A stretch of DNA of 64,000 nucleotides, from the IMG/VR virus record IMGVR_UViG_3300035204_001874, positions 32,001 through 96,000 of that record. One strand, written 5' to 3'. Of the stretch, positions 18,222 to 29,700 are shown piece by piece. The DNA comes from a virus. The position numbers were made by a program, and so were the translations under genes. Within the stretch, counting starts at the first letter, position 1; each line of letters starts with the position of its first letter. Under the pieces are notes generated by a model. That model ran no database searches. It was not told the DNA's origin and worked only from the letters and a program-made list of their open reading frames with translations.

Positions 18222-21200
18222 TCAAAGACTGTCTTCCTTATAGCCCTCTTCTCCTTGTTTATCTCCGGTGACTAGCCCCTGCTTAATATCCCAACAAGTG
18301 GTGCCTTCTGGAACCACGTATCCCCCCTTTGGCATTATCGTGTCACCAATGTTGCCAACAGGCTTGTCAAGTTTTAGCTTGTATCTTGGGTTTATCATTG
18401 GGTCAACAGTTAAAGAATCATAAATAGCCCAATGTTGGGTAATTAAGTAACGTTTTGTTATGTGGTCGCTGTTTTCACCAACGTCCATTGGTTGTCCAGC
18501 TTCTCCACAGATCATTAAGTAGGTATTGGTATACGTATAACCGTCGTCTTTTGGTTTGCTTTCCCAAGACATATGCCCCCCATTATAATGAAAAGCATCG
18601 CTAATTGTGGGCCATAAGTATTTATTATAATTTTCAGGAGCCTCGCTTTTAATCGCTAACATGTGGCCGCCACTCACCGTTGATCCTTCGATGGTGCTAA
18701 CGTTCCATCTTGTGAGCATTTTAGACGGAGCCGAATGTACGGGGTGTTTGTCATCGTTGGGCATCACGATATCTCCCCTTTTAAGAACGTCGGATGCGTA
18801 GTGAGGGTAGTCTATAAGGTCAAACCATGGGTCATCACTAACATCTTTCAGAACTATACCCTCAGTAAATATTGATGCCTCCTCTTGATTCTGGTAAGAC
18901 AAGTATCCCGTTAACGAGCAGTTTCCGCTTTGTACAAACTTAAATTCTGAATCGTTAGGTAGTTCACCTGGGGTCTCATAGTATGGTTGGAAATCTTTTA
19001 ATGTAACTTTTATTGTTGAAATTTCTCTCCATCCAGAAACCTTAACATACGTAGCTGGAATAGTACCCTCTTCACATTCAGTATCACCAGGTTCACAGGT
19101 TGTGGTAGTCGTTGTTGTTGACATATCACCCCCAAAAGGGTCCATTCCAACGCACCCTGTAGCAGCCCATCCTCTTGCTAACATTCTTCCGTGTCCGGTG
19201 ATTTTTTCATAATCATAACCACCATCTCCGTTGGCGATGCAACTCCATTCTCCAGTCGAAGCAGCATCAAAAAGAAATCCTTCGTTACGTATTACTTCTT
19301 TGTGAAATTCAAGTTCGAGATCGTTATCCTTTGCAAATAATTCAATTTTTTTATTTCCGATTGGGCCTGTTCCAGTAATTGAAATCGAATGAGGTATTGA
19401 GTATATAGGGCAACCGCCCAATCCCATATCTCCTCCTCCGTAACCATTTGGCGGACCAAAATCATACATTGCCATCTCCATCCCGTCAGCCATCTCAAAT
19501 CCGTCTAAATAAACTGGCCTTCTAAAATGCATATGTATTCCAGTATCAGAAAGATTAAATAAAAATACTTTATCTTCTGCGAATTGTGGATAGGGATCGA
19601 CACCGGGGTGTATACCTAATTCGCCCTCAAGATTAGTGCACGCTTCCTCTAGGTACATCTCTTTTTCCGACAGAAGATTGTCTTCGCATTGAGCCATCTG
19701 GGGGTCTAAAGGTTCAAAACCAGTTCCCTTAAAGTCATAATTCCCAGTTACTGCAATAAGACAGCCGGACCTTAATCCCATCCAATGATCTCCATAGATG
19801 TTATGCTCATTATACATTGACCCAGTAAAGGACTTTGCTTCCGTTGGGTGATATCTGTTTTTGGTCCAAATGCCAGTAGTTCCATCATCGCTGACCATGG
19901 GGTCAAAATAAATTGGGTCATATGTATCCAACATTTCGCCATCCCAAAAAATATTACAATTGTATGCGCCTTCGTTTTGAACAGATAGAGCTTCAATAAT
20001 AGAAGAATAATCTAGCCCGTATTTTTCTAAGACAAATGAGGGCTTGGCATACGTTGCCTCGATATCAAATATATAGCCCGTGAAACGATGATAACCTCCA
20101 AACGCCATCGTCGCCCTCTTTGGACCATCACCGATGTATTGAACAATGTCTGGTGTCCCTATTTTGTTTCCCGCACAAAAGCTTACTTCATTATCATAAA
20201 AAGAATGATTTCTTGTTTGCGTGCTATCCTCAATAACCGTGTTATTGCTGGAGGGGTCATTGTTATTATCGAACTCTGCCGTTTCAGATTGTGGCGAAAA
20301 GTTTTCATCTATTAAATTGCCCCAAGACATTCCAGCGTGCTCTTTTTGATGAACAGGTTGGTATTTCCCTTCTTCGTTTTTGACTCCATGAGTCATAACG
20401 ATTTCTCCACGCTCACTAATGTAGCCGCCAGAACAAATATCTTTAGAAATATACTCTTCTATTTTGACAGAAAATTTAATCTTCGTCGGGAATCCAGATA
20501 TCAAACTCGCATACTCTGGGTCTTTCAGTTCTGACTCGTAATATTTTGCGAAAGCTCCTGAGGCGTGAGGGTACATGAACTTGTAACGAGTGCTTGCGAA
20601 TGGGCCTCGCCAATACCTTGGTGGATTTTCTCCCCTTTGTTTACCGTAGAGCGGAGCCCACCCCCACTCTTCTGGCGTGATTCCATTATCATAAGAACCA
20701 TCACTACACATGCCATTAATGCATTGTGTATAATTACAAAACTCAAGCTCGTCGCCTTCTTGGCCCGCCATGCAATCAAATGGACATTGGACTTTTATCG
20801 GGTTATCGCACATGGCCATCATGGGGTCTTCGGAGGTGGTGGTTGTTGTGCTTCCACCTGCTCCTCCCCCGCCACACTCTGGGTCCATCGGATCACACGT
20901 TGTTGTCGTCGTTGGAGCGGCAGTTGTTGTCGGGGCGGCGGTTGTCGTGGTAGTCGTTCCAAAGAGTGCTCTACATCTAGATAAATTTGGAATAGAAGCT
21001 AAAGAACGGCTGGTGTGCCAACCATTTTCAATTCCACTAAATGGAAAATAAGACGGAGGATTTGGGTCTACCCACCAATAATTTAAAGTCTTACTTGAGG
21101 TTGTTGAATACCCCGTCCATTCGGACATGCATGAAACAATTTCTCCTGCGTGTTCTTCTCCGGTATATATGTAGCCAGTTATAAATTCATCCCAATAACT

Positions 21201-23696
21201 TGGGCCTGAGACCCCAAGAATAGTTTCTGAATATAAAATTTCGGCTCCGCTAACAGCCAATACGTCAGACAAAGGCGCACTTTGATTAATCGTGTAACTT
21301 GTATCCGAGTTCGTTTTATATAATCTATCTGGATCAATGTTTCCAGTGGGAACGGAATAAAAGGTCCATTTATGTCCAGCGTTTTCTCTATTCCAGCCTG
21401 AAATCTCATAATCTTGAGAGCAATCTCCCATCCCGAAGAATCTATTAGCTGTTAATTTTTGATTATGACGCCCTTCGGTTGGGTGGATTGTTTTTTCATA
21501 TGCGCTATTGTGTATATTGGGGTGTACGTTATTTCCTGTAAGTTGGCCTAAGTTATCTAGCCCTGGTTCATAAAGATAAGTTTCATCGTAGTTATTTGAA
21601 ATTGGGTCTGATTCAAATATAAGGTCCATTTCTCCATTGATGGCCTCAGAAAATCCAGGGTTAGTATATTTTCGGGACATTGGAATATTCCACCCTCCCG
21701 TTTCCATCGTGTGGTAAGGAGGAAGGGTAGGATTATTTATAAATTTCCACATCCACCCCGGAGTAATTGTGAGCGATGCACTTTGCCTATTTGTTTTGTT
21801 GTCTGATACGATTTGTGCGTGAGCAAATGGACCTCCTTCGAAATCATTAGCCCAACCACCCTTGGCGACTTCAGCGTATCTTAGATACGCGGGTTGAGGG
21901 GGGCCAACCGTACCTTTTATGACTCCCGCTGTGGGAACGGTAGCGGCGAAAGCTCTTCTTCCGACGCTCGTGAAATTTATAATTGGGTTAACTTTATGAT
22001 CTTTATATTGTCCGTAAAGCCTCGCTGGATGAAATTCTATGGGAGCTATAGCAAACCCAGTTCTTTCTATTACTGTCGTATCATCCCACCAATAAGCCGC
22101 AGAACCTATATCCTCTTTAAGGATGTGATGCCTTAAGCTCATATCTCGCTCTACCCCCACCGGAAACGCAAGTGGAGCTTGTATTTCGTATTGGTCAGCC
22201 CACTGCCAAGAATAAGGACTCCAAGTTCCCCCGCCATTCTGACATTTTGCTTCGGTTGTAAAATCGCAATGGCCATGCTCTTCACTTCCCGGACCTTCAT
22301 TGTGTGCATGGCTTGCTCCCGCAGCCCAATACCCACCAACATTTTCACAATCTTCTTTGCTTGTTATGGTAAAACCAGCGCATTGTGATGCCCACGTTAG
22401 GCAGTAATTCTTTCCTTCTACTCCGTACCCACACATTCCATACAGGTAATTTCCTTGCGAGTTGTAACAACACCCATGTCTATAAGCATCTCTCCAAGGT
22501 CTCCCGTCTGTTGTTTCGTGATCGTTCACATAGGAGTAAGCTTCAAAGTGAGAGCCATCGGTAACCGTATGCATTAAATTTGAGCCCTCATACCAAGCAG
22601 TCAGCCATGTACCGTCTGCGTGCTTATATGATTCAGCGTTATCAAAGTCCCAGTTATCGCCGTAAAGTGCTCCGATTGGGTAATTTTCTCTTAACCTTTG
22701 CTCTATGTACTCTATAGCTTTTGAGGAATACTGTCCGTACACTGGGGGAGCTTCTACGGTTACCCTACTCAACATGCTTCCGGTAACTGGAGCGATATTG
22801 TAGGATTCATCTATGCATGGATAATCTATTGGTCCGATATTTTTGTACCCAGTTATCTTATCGTCGTCATTCAACACTGGAACGGACACGTCTTCGCAAT
22901 AACGCTCATCTTTCCAGCTAAGGTCTGAATAAACAAATTCTGCTTCAAGTTTGTAGGCTTGAAGCTCGCTATCTTTCATTACTTGGGGATCAAGGTGTCC
23001 ATCGGAAAAGATGTCAGTTAAATCTTCAAAACCAAAAGACGTCATTATCGTCTCCACGGTTCCTTCTGAAGATTGTTCGACTTTAACTTCTTTTAGGACG
23101 TCTTCATAACTTAATTCAGTAAGCGCGACCATGTCTCCAAAAGTCATTTCTACTGATATCCTGTGTTTAAAAGCGAAATACCCAAGCATTCTTTGGTATA
23201 AAAAGAAAACCTCAAAACCGCTTTTCATCCCCTCCATTCCCATCGATAAACCTAATGCTACGGCACACGCAGCAATATCAGTCTTAAGTTCTGAACTGCC
23301 CGAACTTATAACCACCTTTGGTTTAGCGTATTCAACATATTGGTGAAACTTAGATTCGCTATCAAATCCTTCGGCGGCTTGTAATTTTTCTATATTGTCT
23401 TCACCCGAGTCGCTCACTACTGATTCGCCAGCCATACTTTCACTTTTTACAGTTTTGTAACCGCCCCTACCAAGAATGTCCTGAACGGTACTTCCTGCTG
23501 TGGCTCCTGCTGAATCTGACGCCATGCCTAAAATTGCCGCTAATGCTGTTTCCAGCCTTGGAGCAAAATCAGGATTTGGAATATTCTTTACAAAATAACA
23601 AATAACAAAAGAAGAAGATTTCCCCGTAACTCTTATGAAAGTTTTCTCTGGTGAAGTTCGATAAAATTCACTATTATATTTTGTCGGCTTTGACAT
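18222..23696 (-). CDS. Large virion-associated protein (1824 aa), Cys-rich with Thr tracts
   Basis: Long ORF rich in G/T/Y/W/C; carries the C..C..GG.W module shared with the tail genes and poly-Thr tracts. Confidence 0.6.
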   Translation of the reverse strand: MSKPTKYNSEFYRTSPEKTFIRVTGKSSSFVICYFVKNIPNPDFAPRLETALAAILGMASDSAGATAGSTVQDILGRGGYKTVKSESMAGESVVSDSGEDNIEKLQAAEGFDSESKFHQYVEYAKPKVVISSGSSELKTDIAACAVALGLSMGMEGMKSGFEVFFLYQRMLGYFAFKHRISVEMTFGDMVALTELSYEDVLKEVKVEQSSEGTVETIMTSFGFEDLTDIFSDGHLDPQVMKDSELQAYKLEAEFVYSDLSWKDERYCEDVSVPVLNDDDKITGYKNIGPIDYPCIDESYNIAPVTGSMLSRVTVEAPPVYGQYSSKAIEYIEQRLRENYPIGALYGDNWDFDNAESYKHADGTWLTAWYEGSNLMHTVTDGSHFEAYSYVNDHETTDGRPWRDAYRHGCCYNSQGNYLYGMCGYGVEGKNYCLTWASQCAGFTITSKEDCENVGGYWAAGASHAHNEGPGSEEHGHCDFTTEAKCQNGGGTWSPYSWQWADQYEIQAPLAFPVGVERDMSLRHHILKEDIGSAAYWWDDTTVIERTGFAIAPIEFHPARLYGQYKDHKVNPIINFTSVGRRAFAATVPTAGVIKGTVGPPQPAYLRYAEVAKGGWANDFEGGPFAHAQIVSDNKTNRQSASLTITPGWMWKFINNPTLPPYHTMETGGWNIPMSRKYTNPGFSEAINGEMDLIFESDPISNNYDETYLYEPGLDNLGQLTGNNVHPNIHNSAYEKTIHPTEGRHNQKLTANRFFGMGDCSQDYEISGWNRENAGHKWTFYSVPTGNIDPDRLYKTNSDTSYTINQSAPLSDVLAVSGAEILYSETILGVSGPSYWDEFITGYIYTGEEHAGEIVSCMSEWTGYSTTSSKTLNYWWVDPNPPSYFPFSGIENGWHTSRSLASIPNLSRCRALFGTTTTTTAAPTTTAAPTTTTTCDPMDPECGGGGAGGSTTTTTSEDPMMAMCDNPIKVQCPFDCMAGQEGDELEFCNYTQCINGMCSDGSYDNGITPEEWGWAPLYGKQRGENPPRYWRGPFASTRYKFMYPHASGAFAKYYESELKDPEYASLISGFPTKIKFSVKIEEYISKDICSGGYISERGEIVMTHGVKNEEGKYQPVHQKEHAGMSWGNLIDENFSPQSETAEFDNNNDPSSNNTVIEDSTQTRNHSFYDNEVSFCAGNKIGTPDIVQYIGDGPKRATMAFGGYHRFTGYIFDIEATYAKPSFVLEKYGLDYSSIIEALSVQNEGAYNCNIFWDGEMLDTYDPIYFDPMVSDDGTTGIWTKNRYHPTEAKSFTGSMYNEHNIYGDHWMGLRSGCLIAVTGNYDFKGTGFEPLDPQMAQCEDNLLSEKEMYLEEACTNLEGELGIHPGVDPYPQFAEDKVFLFNLSDTGIHMHFRRPVYLDGFEMADGMEMAMYDFGPPNGYGGGDMGLGGCPIYSIPHSISITGTGPIGNKKIELFAKDNDLELEFHKEVIRNEGFLFDAASTGEWSCIANGDGGYDYEKITGHGRMLARGWAATGCVGMDPFGGDMSTTTTTTTCEPGDTECEEGTIPATYVKVSGWREISTIKVTLKDFQPYYETPGELPNDSEFKFVQSGNCSLTGYLSYQNQEEASIFTEGIVLKDVSDDPWFDLIDYPHYASDVLKRGDIVMPNDDKHPVHSAPSKMLTRWNVSTIEGSTVSGGHMLAIKSEAPENYNKYLWPTISDAFHYNGGHMSWESKPKDDGYTYTNTYLMICGEAGQPMDVGENSDHITKRYLITQHWAIYDSLTVDPMINPRYKLKLDKPVGNIGDTIMPKGGYVVPEGTTCWDIKQGLVTGDKQGEEGYKEDSL

Positions 23697-23723
23697 TTTT
23701 TATTCAGGATAACGGATGTTATT

Positions 23724-26700
23724 CTACTCTAAGCCTCCTAATGGATTATTACCACCAGCAGCTTCATATGCATCTGCTATAGTACAGTTTATACCACATT
23801 CCATCATAATTCTAGACGCTTCTTGTGATCTTTTTGCTGCTTCCCGTTCACTTAACGTCTGCCAATCTGGGGTACTGTCAGGTGCGGGGGGCTTGGTGTC
23901 TTTCCAGCATTTATTTACGCAAGCTTTCATTTGCACTCGATCATGTAAGACCGCCCCCCCAAGCATATCTCTCACTACAAACCATGCTTCTTGGTTAGTG
24001 GCCTTAGGCCCATCTACAATGACCCACCTTGTAACTACGCCGCCAACAACGATGCCAATCTTCCAACCTACCCCCACGGGGAAACATATTAAAGCTGCTG
24101 CTCCTCCCGCTATTGTGGCAGCCGAGAGGGCAGCTTTCCCAGCTTCTGCCAAGCCTTCCATAACTGCATTCGCTAGTTCTTGGGTCGCGTTAAACTCTTT
24201 ACTATCTTCAAATTTTCCAGCGAGCGCGGCCCCCCAATGAGCAAAAACATCTTGTTGACCCACAACTATGCTATCCATGCCTAAATGGCAGGTCGCGGTT
24301 AGATAATTGCAATGGTCTGCCCCCCGAGAAGTGCAGGGGCTAACTTCTGTACCTAAGTATTCTGCGTATTTTTTATTTATATAAGTGTTACTTCGTTTTT
24401 CTATACTGTAATCCGCCCTAGAGTACCACGCTGGCATTTTACACTGAGTACCTATAGCTAGTCGTTTTTGATGGTCGAATTTCTTGTATTTTGTTAGGTT
24501 ATTTCCCTTTAAATCTGCAAGTATAGACTCCCTTACTAATTTATATGGAGTAGCCCATGGACCCCTCATTATTCTACGGTACCCTCCCCTAACTGGTTTT
24601 GGACCCATCCCAGGATGCGCTGTGTAGGATATAGTTTCGTCTTTGTATCTGTGATCTGCTGATATTTGAATTATATATTTATCAAATCCTATGCTCGGTT
24701 GAGCTTCTTTAACTAAAGTTCTTTTAAATTTTACATAGTTTGATAGTGCCAGCAATTTTCCTCCTGGGAAAAACCCGTAATTGTATTTCATGCTTAGGCA
24801 CGGGTCGAAACAAAGACCCGCCATTAACTGCAAATTGTCACAGCCGTAATTTTTTCCAGGATCAACCCCTAAGTTTTTTCCGTAATAATAATACGTACAT
24901 CTTGGGTCTCCGTGGGTAAGGGGGTGGCTTACTAGGGGGCTACCTGGTTCTTCTCTACGGTCATCTACGCAATGTAGTCTGATTGTGCCACATCCAGTTT
25001 TCATGCCGTGTCTGCCAAATCGTAAACCTTTAGTATTGTAACCAGCACCAAAAGCTTTTTTGCGGGTGTCCTTCATCCATTTAACTTTTGCACTAATTTT
25101 TTTGCCTTGTTGCTTTAAATAAAGACCGTAAATAGCGGGAGGATCATAAAGGTGAATTTGTCTATTGTGACCAGCGGAATAGAAAGCTTCAGATAGTCCG
25201 TTCCCGTTTCTATCCCTGTTGTGGTTCATCGTTTTCCATTCAAAAGCATAAGGACCATACATTGGCTCTCTTTTTAAGTAAGTATTGTAAGGTTTTCCCC
25301 CCCAAAAAAATTGGATAGCTGATGAGCCCCTCCTTAAACCTGGAGCAATGTAGCTGTGGTTCGCTGTTCTCTTCGTGCCTTTCCCGTTACAAGCTAACCA
25401 AACCCTTTGGTGATTCTCTACAAAATAAAGCATGAATCTTCCAGCGGAACCAGAGCGTGCGTTTATTTCGCTCCCCGGAATTGGTTCTCCATGGCCGCAC
25501 CAGCCACAATTGCTACCAGCAAGCGTAGTTCCTCCAATTAATCGTTGAGCATCCTTAAAATTTCGCTCTCTTGTCCCGCTTCTTTCCCCTCCCCAATAGT
25601 AGACATCATCTGTGTCGGCAGCTTCGTATTTAAATATCTTGCCTTGACCGAGACCTTTGGTTTCATGATATCCTGCTTTGCCAAATCTTGGTATTTTTCC
25701 TAAAAGATTTGAAAATTGCCAAGCTGTTCCCATGCCCCAATAACCAATCATAAGTTCTGGATAATCCCGATAAGAGTCTGTCTCTGGCCAAGGGTAAAAT
25801 TCTCCATGATGAAAAAGCTGCCTTGGTTTTAGACCGGGTGGATTATGATCACACAATACAGCAGGATCACGAACACTAAAATGTCTAATGGCGGACCCAT
25901 TAAACGTGAGGCTTAATCTTGGACCCTTGTTCCCAGGGTACATTTCGTAATTTTTACACTTAGGTAAATGTTGATATCCGTAAATTAAATCCCCTACTGA
26001 TTGCGATCCTTTTTGGTTCGCGTCCAACATTAGCCCGAAAGGGTATAGTAACCCGTATTCGAAATAAGATGCTTGATCTGCTCGCGTACCCCGAATGTCT
26101 GTTTGCACAGGGGGTTGATAAGTTCTAGTTGTACCTCTAAAGTTTTCCATTCCAACTGGAGCGAATGATTCGCAGTTGTTGGATAGGTTCATGTACGTTC
26201 TCCAAGTATTTTCCCAAGCAGCGTTTGGGTCTCTTGTAATGCCAGCAAACGGCATAACCTTATTTCCTGCTGCCCCTGGTATCCCTTGCCACTTCATATT
26301 TGCGCCGAGTTGTTCTCCCGCTCCAAAAAGTCCAGGCACAAAAGATACAGACGTGAAGTCTTTTTTTCCAAACCAAGGATTTACGGATATCCCAAGGCCA
26401 AGTGTCCCTTCAGCGGGGGAACCGTTTCTAACTGACACATCCATTCGTAACCAGTTTTCCGTTTCTAAATTCGCATACTCACTCCTCCTCATTCCAAACC
26501 TTCCAGAGGCAAGCGCAAAATAGTAATATTCTTCATCAGGGTCATCACTACCGTACCCTTTCGCGCCTTTTTGAAATATCATTGATGCAGTATTGCGTCC
26601 TGTTTTTACCGTGTAAGAATCCATATCGGCTCCTGGTTTTAACCCGTCGCAAGATATCGATTCGAACCAACCTCCATTTTTTGGGTTTTGGTATACGATT

Positions 26701-29700
26701 CCTTCGCAATCTAGCTTATATCCAAATGTTCCATAACCAACGGTGTACGTGGTGTTACCGTTTACCACGTTCCCCTTTGTTAAAACGTAAGAGCTAGTTT
26801 GATTATTCGCTCCGTTATGCGTTTCTTCTAGGTTTACAGAGCCACTGACCCACAAAGTGGTAACGTCAGGGTTACCTCCAGCGCAAGGGGAGGCGTTATT
26901 CGCGCAATGAGTAAAGGTTCCGTGTAAGCCGATTTCTTCTGGACGGTAATTACAATAAGCTTCTGGGGGCCACTCCGCATCACCTTGAGCAATCGTTCCC
27001 GCTGTTAACATCGCATCTTGATTAATTTTGGGCGTGTTGGGCCATTTGCAGGTGTTAGGATTCCCAGCGTTTTTTAAGAATTGAGCTTCATTACCTTGGT
27101 ATTCGTCTACATGACTTTCAGCAACACTTTCGTAAGGGTGAAACAGGGTACAATCTTTGGTTCCTCTCCCTCCCCTTCCTTCTATGCAAGCCCAATTCCC
27201 CTCTAAGGAAGCTGGTTCTGCGTACTCTAAAACAGACAACATTGCTTTGTTGCCACCTATCGCGTCATCTAATGGGGAGCTTACGTTAGTAAGAGCAGGA
27301 TCATTTGTATCTAACTTACTTTTGTGAATTCTATACCACTGCATGTCTATTGGGTAAAGACTTTGCCCATCGGGGTCTACTAATTTTAAATTGTTTACCC
27401 AAAAGTCAATTTCTGGATATCCCTTACCGACTTTATCCTCTGGTATTGTGTGGTAATCTACAACGTCGCACCGGAACGTCGGGGATTGCCCAATTTTACA
27501 TACAGCATCCAATGGTTGTTGGGTGAAAATCGGAGTAAAGCAGGAAAAATTAGGATCAAGTTTACCTACGCCACCCATTCCTTGAAGCCTCCATGGAGAC
27601 CTTTTTATTGCAGCGTCTTTAATCTTTCCTATTATGCTTGCGCTAATGTTGTAGGATTTACGTGGCAAATCCCCGCCACAATTTACATTATTGTACATGC
27701 CCCCATAGAAAAAGTGATTTGCTCCTGCTTGAAGTTGCACAATGTCTTGTATACCTGTTACTAAATCCTTAGAAGCGTAAACACCTTGGAAGTATCTTCG
27801 TTCTACTTCCGGCATATCATCGACAGTTTGTGCGCTATCAACCGTAGCTCGCCCCCAATGATTGTCATTTAAATAGCCAGTCATATGGTCTACCGCAAAA
27901 GTTATTTGGCTTAGTGGGAATAGATCAGTAGCCATACCTCTGTTGTGGTTTTCTACGTATCTGGTAAGTAGCCTTCTTTCTCTGCTTTCGATGAGCCTTC
28001 TGTAAAAATCTTCATCAGCCTTCCCTGGTACTTCTACCACATAAGAACAAAAGTTTTTCAATATATGATTCCAAGCGTTGATAGCTTTTTCGCCATTGCA
28101 AAAGACGTTATTTCTTCTGTCATCTTGCAGTTCTCGCGTGAATCTTTCATATCTTTCATTTGTGAATAAAATATCGCTTCTATCTGAGTCTATTGAGTAG
28201 GTTAACGGTCCACTTTGAAATAGCTCATCTGGGCCTCCTCCGCCTTTGAACAAAATAAGATCGCTATTCTTCCATTTTCCTAGATTCGCTTTGCAGGTTA
28301 CTTCATCTGTGTATTGAGGAAGCATTTGATTGCTTGCTAGTGACCAACAAGTTCCAACTTCTACGCTTTTTAAAAAGTGCTCTTTTGTTCCGCCAAGATG
28401 ATAATCAAAGTCGTCCTTTAATCTGCTTAACGCTCTTTTAAATCCTTCTGATCCGTCTCCAACAAGGTCTTTTTTCCATTCGTTAGATGCGACTATTAGG
28501 GGCCAATTAGCCCAGATAAAGAAGCCTATATTTCCAGCAAACCACTCGCTTGCTCTTTGTTCGCTTTTAGCTACTTTCAGAAGGGTTCTGTAGTCGTCTT
28601 CAGAGCAGGAAGAGTTTAAAACGGGAGGTTCAATATAAGCGGCAGTTGTGTTGTTGACGCTTCCTGGAGGAATTTCATTCCCGACGCCATCACAACAATT
28701 ACAGTCGGAAATATTCAAAGGCCAATCTCTTGGAATGTCGCCAGCTACTGGTATAACACCTCCAGCGAGAGGTACCCCTGGATTAGGTGATGAAATTTGA
28801 TTTGGTTGATTATCACACGAAAGCTGCCATTTACGCACATTCCATTGTCCTGCCACCCACTGCTCCTTTCTAACATTGCACCAAAACTGAGTTACCCCAG
28901 GTTGCTCGACCCCCTTTACGTAACATCTACCGCCACCAAAACCTTCGCAATTCCACTCAGCGGTAATTTCGTTACCGTGAATATCATTCGTTGGAGTACA
29001 GTAGGAGTGGCAGTCTTCTTGTGGTAGACTGCTATCTCCCCAGCAAGTAGAAGAGGCGTTGGTGCTGCCAGCGGTAGAGCCTATTTCTATATCCCACGCA
29101 TTATTTAAGGCGTCACGTTCCTCTTGGGGGTCAGAATCAGCATTTAAAACATAACATTCCTCATCAATTTTAATAATTTTATATTTGAGATATTGAGTTT
29201 TAGCTTTATTTCGAGCCTCGAATGAAGGACCACTATCAAATTGTTTTTCTACCCTTAGTATTTTCGCAGCATTTCTAGATGTCCAATTGCCCCCGTCAAC
29301 AGCGTTGTTTGGTGGGAAGTTTTTAAATTCGTCAAGTCTCCTATAGTAGTAAAAATGATACGCTAAATCATCCACACCGTCATTGGTTGAACCAGAAAGA
29401 TCAGCGGAGGTTCTTCCGCATTTATTTAAAAATCTAGCCCCGTAAAAACCGAACTTGCCTATTGCAGCATAATAAGGAACATCAAAATATTCATTTGGGC
29501 AAGCGTGTATTGGGGTTGCTGAAGACCAAGGGAGATAATCGATAGTATTTGGGCACTGCCTGTATGTCCAATAATGATTTTGGGTCGCCATCGAAGCACC
29601 CTTGCCTTCCATTCCAACAAATGAAGTTACAAGATTACTTGAGGTGTTTTCCGTTTGGTTAAAGAACTCTTCGTGATTATATCTAAATATGAAATGCCAA

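Noticed and set aside
23716-24240. 174-aa + strand ORF
   Set aside because: Fully antisense to the C-terminus of the 2433-aa gene; shadow ORF.
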